A DNA stretch of 54,671 nt, filler included, from Dirinaria sp. TL-2023a (taxonomy: Eukaryota), in the NCBI GenBank assembly GCA_051941275.1. It is 4 parts of 4 records of this genome, joined end to end, with 100 filler letters (N's around TTAATTAATTAA, not from the genome) between each part and the next. Parts side by side here need not be neighbours in the genome. Positions count along the whole stretch, not along the records: positions 41,115 to 54,671 come from JAVEBF010000673.1; 3 more parts are not named here. One strand, 5' to 3'. Made by a program: the position numbers and the translations under genes. The notes under the pieces are model-generated. The model did not search any database and was not told the DNA's origin. It saw only the letters and a program-made list of their open reading frames with translations. Below are positions 46,102 to 54,671 of the stretch, piece after piece. Position 1 is the stretch's first letter; every line of letters starts with the position of its first letter.

Positions 46102-47594
46102 ATGGCGCTACAGTCATGGCTACCTGTTTCCCAAGGGCATCCATTCTCTATTGCAAACATTCCTTTTGGCATTATTACTACGGACTTAAATCCCAACCGA
46201 CGATGCGCGGTCGCGATCGGTCTGTGGGTTTTGGATCTTAGCCTGTTCGCCACCCTTGGAGGCTTTCGTGGCCTCCAGTCAGTTCACCTACCGGACGGGG
46301 TCTTTGCGAAGCCTGTCCTGAACGACTTCGCAGCACTGGGCCGTTCTGTCCACCGCCAAGTACGCAGGTATCTGCAAGAAGTGTTCCGCGAGGATACGTG
46401 GTTTCCAACGCTATTGAAAGATAGTCCCGATGTGCAGAAGAAATGTATGATGTTGAAGACCGATGTACAAACGCATCTTCCGATGCAGATTGGGGATTAT
46501 ACGGATTTTTACGCTGGTCTGAACCATGCCTTCAACGTCGGGACTCTCTTCCGTGGTCCTGAAAATGCCCTGCCGCCCAATTACAAGCATATGCCAATAG
46601 GATACCATGGCCGTGCGTCGTCAATCGTAGTCTCAGGGACGCCTGTCCACAGACCCTGGGGTCAAATCCTCCATTCGGCAGGGGATTCTGGTAGGCCCAT
46701 ATTCAGTCCGTGTCGCAAATTGGACTATGAGCTTGAACTTGGAGCCTTTGTTTGTAAGCCTAACAAGATGGGCGAGCCGATACCAGTGGACGAGGCGGAG
46801 AACCATCTTTTCGGATTTGTGTTGATGAACGACTGGTCGGCGAGGGATATTCAGACCTGGGAGTACCGGCCGCTGGGACCTTTCAACGCCAAGAATTTCG
46901 CGACGACTATCAGCCCATGGGTTGTGCTGGCTGATGCACTGGAATCCTTCCGCGTCCCAGGTTTGAAGAACGAGACAGAGCTACTGCCTTATCTGAGAGA
47001 AGACAGGACGGACAACGTTTACAATATTGACTTGCGGGTTGGTATATGCCGTAAGTTCTGACCATGCTTGTCTATGCGGGCCTTCGTTCTTCTAAAATGA
47101 CGTCGTTCCTGGATCCTCAATGCCTAAGCCCGATGCTACATCAGAATCAATGCCGTGCCTTTGACAGGTGCTCGTATTTAAAGCGATCTTCTCATACCCC
47201 TGTTAATCTCTACGCTGACAATGGAGTAGCGACAGTGGACATTTCAGCGACGCATATCATCGGTAATGTGAACGGTCGGGACTTGCTATTCTCGTTCCCT
47301 CAGATGCTTGCCCACCATACGATTACGGGCTGCCCGGTGCAAGTCGGTGATCTGCTTGGCTCGGGGACCATCAGTGGCGCCGACTTGGGCTCGATGGGAA
47401 GCATGCTTGAACAGTGTCGTAACGGTGACATGCCAATTGACCTAGACGGGCATCAGAGATCATTCGTTGAAGATGGTGATGTAGTAGTCATGGAGGGTCA
47501 AGCGACCAATTCTGCGGGCGATGTAGTGGGATTCGGCCAGTGCGTGGGAAAGATACTCCCAGCGATTGCAATGCCCGCAAAAGGTAAAAGCTAG
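46102..47594 (+). CDS. fahA: Fumarylacetoacetase; exons 46102-47050, 47230-47594
   Basis: HPFSIANIPFG, GDYTDFYAGLNHAFNVG, PIGYHGRASS, LDYELELG, MNDWSARDIQTWEYRPLGPFNAKNF, GDLLGSGTISG, GSMLE, GFGQCVGKILPA. Confidence 0.92.
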
Positions 47595-48034
47595 CTGAGT
47601 CAGCGAACATGCCGCAGAAACGTCGGGTTCAAGGCAGTCTGCGGTAAGGCGTCCTGGGCACAAGATTAATCCATGCGTGATGCCGACGTATTAATATTCC
47701 GGGGACAAGTTCAGCCGTACGGAATAGGCAAGTCTTTGCTCTTCCAATTAGGCGCCAGGGAGCGGGGACGGACTGAGGTGGGGTTCGATGACCAACACGG
47801 TCGAGTGAATCCTGGACCTGCTTATTATTATTACACATTACAGTATTATTGGAAACTTCTCCGAGTCCAGCAAGATACCTTCTTGTTATAAGAATCATCC
47901 GTGCATGAAATAGCGACTTCCACTGCCTACTTATGCCCGCTTCATCCATCTCTGCGCAGATCACCAGCATAGACGCAGCCAAGTAACCGAACTGAATCAT
48001 AGTGCTTTAGGAGAATCCCACAAGTATGTATAGC

Positions 48035-49749
48035 ATGGACTACCAGGCTACCGGTTTTACTCTTGTAGCAGTTTTGTTCTTCGTCATTCGGTATTTGAGT
48101 CGGTCGGACATACCCAAGATCAAAGGTCTGCCACAAATACCAGGCGTCCCGATCTTTGGCAATCTACTGCAATTAGGCGATTGCCATGCCCGTAATGCCG
48201 CTAGCTGGGTCAAGAAATATGGGCCAGTATTCCAAGTGCGGCTCGGAAACAGGGTAAGTGGATAGCAGAGGTAGAATCTCCTGATTGCTCAGTAGTCCGC
48301 AGAGGATTGTATTTGCGAACACATACGACAGTGTGAAACAGATTTGGATCAATAACCAGTCCGCATTGATCTCGCGCCCTACGCTGCACACCTTCCATAC
48401 CGTCGTCTCCTCGTCCCAGGGTTTCACAATCGGAACCTCTCCATGGGACGAGTCCTGTAAACAGCGGCGAAAGGCCGCTGCAACAGCACTTAACAGACCA
48501 GCCGTCCAGTCATACATGCCGATAATAGATTTGGAGAGCAATGTTAGCATCAAAGAGCTTCTGGCGGACAGCAACAGCGGAGAGACCGAGATCGACCCCA
48601 ACCCTTACTTCCAGAGATTTGCTTTGAATACGAGCTTGACGCTCAATTATGGCATACGCATAGATGGAAAGATCGACAATAAGCTGCTGCAGGAGATCGT
48701 GCACGTGGAAAGGATAGTATCCAACTTCCGAAGTACGAGTAATAATTGGCAAGACTATATTCCGCTTTTGCGCTTGTGGCCCAGTCGCAATAGTGAAGCC
48801 GACGAGTATCGCGTCCGCAGGGACAAGTACATGAGCTTGTTGCTGGAGAAGCTGAAAGAGAAAATTGCCAAGGGCGAAGACAAGCCATGTATTACGGGCA
48901 ATGTCTTGAAGGACCCGGAGGCGAAACTTAATGAAGGTAAAACAGCAGACGATGACAAGGGCTGGGGTGGTGCTGATAATGAACAGCTGAGATAAAATCG
49001 ATCTGCCTGACCATGGTGTCGGCGGGCCTGGACACTGTACCAGGAAACCTCATAATGTGTATCGCCTACCTCTCCTCTCCACACGGGCAGGAAATACAAC
49101 GACGCGCACACGAGGAGATCGTGAAAGCCTACCCTGGAGGCGATGCTTGGGAGAAATGCCTCGTAGAAGAGAAAGTGCCTTATATAACCGCTTTAGTCAA
49201 AGAGACTCTGCGCTTCTGGACCGTCATCCCGATATGTCTGCCCAGAAAAAGCATTCGAGACATCCAGTGGGAACAGGCAACAATACCCGCTGGCACAACG
49301 TTTTACATGGTGACATCCTCTGGTTCCCATGTTTCGTTCGAGAATTAGCAGCTGACGCAGGTACTTCTCAGAATGCATACGCAGCCGACTACGACTCCGC
49401 TCACTTTAAAGATCCTCATTCCTTCCTTCCGGAGCGCTACCTTGGCAATACGTCTGATGGAGGTGGAACGCCTCACTTGGGGTATGGAGCAGGATCAAGA
49501 ATGTGTATAGGCTCCCATCTGGCGAACCGCGAGCTATACACCGCGTTCTTACGGTTGATTTCCGCCTTCGAGATCAAGCCATCGAGTGATCGACGGGACT
49601 GGCCGATCCTCGATGCGCTGGACTGCAATGCCTTCAAGACGAGCTTGACGACGGAGCCGAAAAAGTTCAAGGTCAGCTTCAAAGCGCGACATCTGCCGCA
49701 ATTGGAGCAGTGGATAGCAGGCAGCGAAGATCGAACCAAAGATCTGTGA
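48035..49749 (+). CDS. phacA: Cytochrome P450 CYP504A-type phenylacetate 2-hydroxylase; exons 48035-48253, 48303-48936, 48987-49309, 49372-49749
   Basis: CYP504-typical NNQSALISRPTLHTFHTVVSSSQGFTIGTSPWDESCK, MVSAGLDTVP (I-helix), KETLRFWTVIPICLPR (ExxR), PERY, heme motif YGAGSRMCIG. Confidence 0.88.
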
Positions 49750-50828
49750 AAGCACAGACAACGATAGTGGGCAAGTTACTCGGGGTAGAGGTTACTTACC
49801 TTATATGTGGGTAAGGTAGGGTAGGTTCAAATAGTTCAGACCGGGCTAGAAGTAGAGCTTAAAATGTGCTAGTGGGATTTTGTTGGGGTCGAAGGGTGCT
49901 TCTGGATCTAAATTCAAGGTCTGATATGATTGGCGAGCATTTGCAGGTATCGATGAGGGAAATCTGGGGTACTGCTGTGCATCACCGGTAGTGACAGTAA
50001 GGTAAGGCACCTTAGTACGGAGTAGTGAAAGTATGTGTAAAAGAAATGCGGCACAATGCGTGAATCCTGGACCAGATAAAATACTACTGCACAGAAGACT
50101 GACGCGTCAAACATCACCTGCATGAGGCTGATGCAAAAATAATGCAGCGGCCTATTTTTCAAGACGTCTTCATGTGGTCAGATTTGGCCACAGTGGCTTG
50201 GCGACTTTGTTCGCCTCCATCTGGTTTTTCATGATGGAGGCTTAGCGCAAAAGAAATACGAGGTGGTGGAAGGCGGAATTACTGCACTGTACTGATAAGG
50301 GGGCCGCGGTTAAATTAGGAAGCAGGCCGAGGCAGGCTGAGCTGAAGTGGTAGGGAGTGTGGACTCACTGGACTGTGGGAGGCGGTCCTCATGAGGGTCG
50401 CCCTCGGTCGAGAAAGGCGAGAATCCGCAGGGTCCAGACCGGCATCACTGAGCTACGTCCTGAAGTGGACTAGTGCCTCCTTCACTCCGAGCATCACCCA
50501 AGTGTCCTGCAGTGCCCTGCAGTTTGTGTGACAAACTCAGCAAGGGTCCGTCGACACTACCAGGCTTGGCATGTCCAGGGGCAACGGAAGCAGATTATTT
50601 TAATTTTTTTCCCTCTGTGTGTGTCTCCCCTTTAAATTACGCGTTCCCTCCTCAACCACCTGCATCTGCCTCGACCGTTTCTTTTACTTATTGATCCTCT
50701 TCATCCACACACTCATTGACCCGTTTTCCTATTTCATACCTTCTCAAGCAACATAATAAACATCTGCCCTACCTTATCCTTCACAACCTCGTAATACAAC
50801 TTTTTAATAGCATTCAACTTCAGTCACC

Positions 50829-51577
50829 ATGCGCTCTGCAGTTATTCTCATCTTCGCCGCCGCGGCCATCGCCCAATCTACTGGCCCTGCAGCCTCAAGT
50901 GCTGCCAGCTCGGCCGGCGCAGTCCAGTCAGGCGCTGCTGCTTCTGCCTCTGCTTCGGCATCATCATATGTAAGTTCACCACGCATCATAATGCCCACTC
51001 ATCAGAGGGGCGGTATATCCCAGTGCTATTCGCTCGACCCCTGGCGAAGGAGTTCCGGCATACCACTCGATTTTCCGATGCTAACTGTATCGCTTTGCAG
51101 ACAAATGGCTTCACCTCTTTCCTCACCCAGACAAATTCCGCCGGAGTCGTCACTGGGCAACCTACGGTGGTGACTACGCAGCCCTCTGTTGTCACCTCAC
51201 AGCAGGCTGCCGCCACTTCACCAGCCGGCACAGGTGCCCCTGTCCCCATTGTCAACAGCACCGTCCCGGTTCCCCTCTCTGGCAGCAATAGCACCTCGTC
51301 CGGCGGCGCTGCTCGCAACGGCACCACAACCGGCGGTAGCAGCTCCAACAGCACATCCTCTGGCAACAGCACATCGGGCGGCGCATCTGGCAGCTCAGGG
51401 ACGAGGCCATCATCCACATCTGGCTCGTCGGGATCATCTGCATCGTCCGGATCCTCAGGCACCAGAACCTCGTCGACTTCCAGCAGCAAAAGCCCCTCGT
51501 CGACCAATGCCGCGGCCCTGCTTGAGCCCGCTCTCACCCTTGGTTTCGCTGGTGCTATTTTCGCTGCCTTGCTTTGA
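50829..51577 (+). CDS. Ser/Thr/Gly/Ala-rich GPI-anchored cell-wall protein; exons 50829-50969, 51101-51577
   Basis: Signal peptide MRSAVILIFAAAAIA; FLTQTNSAGVVTGQP motif; S/T/G stalk; C-terminal GPI signal TNAAALLEPALTLGFAGAIFAALL. Confidence 0.85.
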
Positions 51578-52152
51578 AGCGATGTCGGTTCGTGAGTGGT
51601 TGCATGGGTATGCGGGTCTTGTCTTTGTCCTGAGTGGAGGACATCATTAGCTGGTTCATCTGATTCTCAACGTCAAAAGTTTAGGTAGTCCGGTGTCGAG
51701 CACCGGGAAATACGTAATAATCTGTTGCTATGGGCCCAAGGGGGGTTTAAACGATGTTAATAGGGGAAGAAGCGTGCATGTAGCTAGATCAATCCATTGT
51801 AGCCAGAAATTGAACAATTGAACCACCGACTGACTGAGTGATTCCTATCCTATGCCACATGCGTATACCAGACTCCATGACCAGTGGTCAGTGTATTATT
51901 TGTCGCCGAGTCCGAGCGTGTCGCACTCATTCCCTGTGTCTCAGAACAAGCATTCAGGCTTTCGCCTTCCACTTTTTTTAATTCCCAATCTCTGATTGCG
52001 TACATACTGTACTCGACCAAACATCATACAACTTCTGCATATTTTGATTACGCTAACGCTCGCCTCAGCTGCACAATAATTTCCCACCCAATGTTAATTA
52101 GCTTACTTTATGAAGCTCGGATCACGCCGCATGGCGTTTCACATACCTTACC

Positions 52153-52174
52153 TAAGGCAAGGTACCTTGCCTTA
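52153..52174. repeat. Perfect 22-bp palindrome TAAGGCAAGGTACCTTGCCTTA
   Basis: Identical to its own reverse complement; intergenic. Confidence 0.9.
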
Positions 52175-52957
52175 TCGTGCCGCGTACTCGTGCGTACCGT
52201 CACTGCTACTGGACCCTTGGAGACGGAAGGGAGGATGCACCCAAGGAACGCTACTACTTCGAACAACGCCAACAATGCTAATACTAGGTAGTCATCATGC
52301 TCAGTCACCCTGATTCTGATTCACTACTACTCCGGCTGTCAGCTCGCATCTTCCTACAGCCCTATACGACAGACTCGGGAGCGTTCCTTTCTCTACTAGA
52401 CAGAACCCGGCGAGCGGAGAAAAAGCAACGAAGCTGACAAAGGATTTACCGCTGTCCTCGACCCATTGTTGCCACATTCCACTCCAACAACTTTCGCCAG
52501 TGAGACTCGAGAAGCACGCTCTGTCGTGAAAATCAAGAGGGAGGAAATTGGAGCAGCCGCAATCACAGGAGACTTCAGGTTTCGCGATACATTTAGCCCG
52601 CTCCAACCAGCAGCTGCGCTTTAGCATTCCAAGCTTCGAACCACATTTGAGACCGTTATTGCGAGGTTTTCTATTAGCACACCACTTGAACCAGAGACCT
52701 ACTCTTTACCTCCGCCCATGAGCATCTCCAACAAAGCAGCAATGGCTCGCTGAGCAGGAACGGCTCCAGATAGATACTGAGGCCCTAGGACGCAATTAAC
52801 GCCAGAGAATTCTATTACCAACAAACAATTTCACCCATAAATATCCTTCCTAGTCTATCATGCTCTCACCCAGGTGGCACGTCTAGTCCTCACCGAGGCC
52901 AGAAGAGGGAAACAATTCTTTGCCTCCTCTCCAGCTACTCCTTCCCATCCTCCGACC

Positions 52958-54223
52958 ATGTCCTGGTTTTGGCGTGGCTTCCAATCCGCCATCTTCTATT
53001 ACGTCTCCTGCGCACCCTGCACCAAGTTCGCCTACCAGCGACGCCGGCGAAAAGACCGCAAACGCGCACACGCCGAGCAGCGGGAGGCAGAGGAAGGCTC
53101 TTACCGGCACCCGTCCCCTTTCAGCACCAATATCTACTGGCGTGAAGAAATGCTTCTGGGTCCTGGTCCGCCGCAAAAGAAGAAGGAGAGAGACAGAGAC
53201 CGGGAGAGACAAAGGGAGCAGGGAAATAGAGGCCCGAAGACGAGTGATCTAAGCAGCAGTGCCGTCACAGGAGTTAGTAGTGCAGATACCGTGCTTGATA
53301 CAGAAGGTCCAGAGATGGAGCAAGAGAGGGATAGTGCTGAGGGGTGGAACCGAAGACGGTACCAGCGGGAAGACGAGATCTTGTGGGGACACGAGGATGT
53401 ACCTGCTTCCAGGGTCCGGACGCCCGAAGTCGGCATCAGTCGCGCAGCTACGAATTCCAGTGCAGGCGAAGGTAGTTATTATGCGCGTAATCCGGAGGTC
53501 AACGATTTGCATCCGCCCATTGTTAGTACGCCGATGAACAAGAGCCAGACCAGATGGATGCTGCAGCCTCCTCCCAGTGCCAGGGTAATGGAAGGAAAAG
53601 AGCGAGCAAATAGGAGCAGAAGCGTGAGCGGAGCCAGCCGCACCAGCGCAGCCAGCAGCAAAAGGGCAACTGACAACCTAGGACGACGGGTTGGCGAAAA
53701 ATTACTGGGAGAACGACTGAGACAAGCAGAAGTCGCTTCCACGGAGTCTGTGGCTTTGTCCAGAACATCCACAAACGACAAAGCGGTCCCCGATGCCCAA
53801 GGACAGAAACATGACAGGGATCGAAGGCTTCCGAATGAATCCCGCTCGACGACTCAGTCACTCACAAGTCAGAGTCAGCGCAGACACCCCGTCGCGCCTC
53901 CGATATCGATATCGGCAGATCTGCGGCCGCCAGCTTCAAGACCCCCCTTGGAGACAATAGACTCGCACAGGAAGGCGGAGCAGCAGCAGCAGAAGAAACC
54001 GAGCAGGCCGAAGCTAGTGGCTATGGACAGCACGTCGTCTTTACAAGTCCTCCAGGAGCTAGTTTCGCCGTTGACTCTGAACGGCGGCCCGAAAGCGGCC
54101 AATCGGAAACTGAACGCCCTGCCGCGGTCCACCACGCAACATTTGCCCGAGGCGGCCATCAAGCTTCCTCCTGTCGACGATGTGGAGGATCGAGAGTTGA
54201 GGCGGTGGAGCATGGATATCTAG
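52958..54223 (+). CDS. Conserved-looking filamentous-fungal hypothetical protein, largely disordered
   Basis: MSWFWRGFQSAIFYYVSCAPC, HPSPFSTNIYWREE..GPGPP, WNRRRYQREDE, NPEVNDLHPPIVS, WMLQPPPSARVMEGKE, terminal RWSMDI; start context ACCATG. Confidence 0.8.
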   Translation: MSWFWRGFQSAIFYYVSCAPCTKFAYQRRRRKDRKRAHAEQREAEEGSYRHPSPFSTNIYWREEMLLGPGPPQKKKERDRDRERQREQGNRGPKTSDLSSSAVTGVSSADTVLDTEGPEMEQERDSAEGWNRRRYQREDEILWGHEDVPASRVRTPEVGISRAATNSSAGEGSYYARNPEVNDLHPPIVSTPMNKSQTRWMLQPPPSARVMEGKERANRSRSVSGASRTSAASSKRATDNLGRRVGEKLLGERLRQAEVASTESVALSRTSTNDKAVPDAQGQKHDRDRRLPNESRSTTQSLTSQSQRRHPVAPPISISADLRPPASRPPLETIDSHRKAEQQQQKKPSRPKLVAMDSTSSLQVLQELVSPLTLNGGPKAANRKLNALPRSTTQHLPEAAIKLPPVDDVEDRELRRWSMDI

Positions 54224-54671
54224 ATCGGCATGCCGTACACATGATTCATTCACGGTTGCACTAGCGTGGGGAGTCTGGTGTTTTTGTTCAGGGCACATGG
54301 GGGGCTTGCATTTTATTTTTTTATTCTTTTGGAATGCAGCAGCATCAGAAGAAGTTTTTGGAGTTTGAAATGGTACCGAAAAAGCCGCACAGGTCACGTC
54401 TCGGCATGGGTCTGAAGAGCATGAACAATAGCATGGCGTTGGTAGGCGGCATTCTTTTTTTCCTCCCCCCTCCAGGGGGTGGATCGATCTATCCATAGCA
54501 TGTCTAACTGGCACACAATATCAAAGATCAATATCATTATGAACGAACAATTTCAGCATTTGCTTTTCCTGTTGCTCGCAAAAATAATTAGACCTGATTG
54601 TTTTCCTACTTTCATCCATCAACCCGTCCCATCCCTTTCCTGAAACCCCTCTTTTTTTTTTTTTTTTTTTT

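Noticed and set aside
1..54671. tRNA, rRNA, CRISPR arrays, intact transposons
   Set aside because: No cloverleaf with a T-loop consensus, no rRNA-like blocks, no repeat-spacer arrays, and no transposase/RT ORFs or terminal repeats seen by eye

Overview
Eukaryotic genomic DNA from a filamentous ascomycete (Pezizomycotina; a lichen-forming lineage is plausible but not provable here). The evidence is short GT-AG introns with CTRAY branch points and fungal gene families. Three artificial 100-nt spacers (N44-TTAATTAATTAA-N44, at ~13625, 27329 and 41015) split the window into four contigs, so adjacency across them is unverified, and three genes are cut by them. About 20 protein-coding genes can be modelled. 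Housekeeping genes: glucokinase, MIC19, a GNAT acetyltransferase, cyclophilin PPIL1, ARPC4, an HLTF/Rad5-like helicase, a SAM carrier, eIF3h and a nucleoside hydrolase. Other genes: a fahA + phacA (CYP504A) aromatic-catabolism pair, a PTH11-like membrane protein, a secreted esterase and a GPI-anchored wall protein. Contig 2 (13.7-27.3 kb) looks accessory: a fungal NLR (helical N-terminal domain, NB-ARC, TPR) head-to-head with a DUF829 alpha/beta-hydrolase, an effector-like small secreted protein, a large secreted protein with 11-mer repeats, and a probable decayed gene. Splicing oddities include an ATG-only first coding exon with a GC-AG intron, a multi-intron ATG-free 5' leader, and several AAG acceptors. 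No tRNA, rRNA, CRISPR array or intact transposon was recognised. All family calls come from motif recognition by eye, not from database searches.
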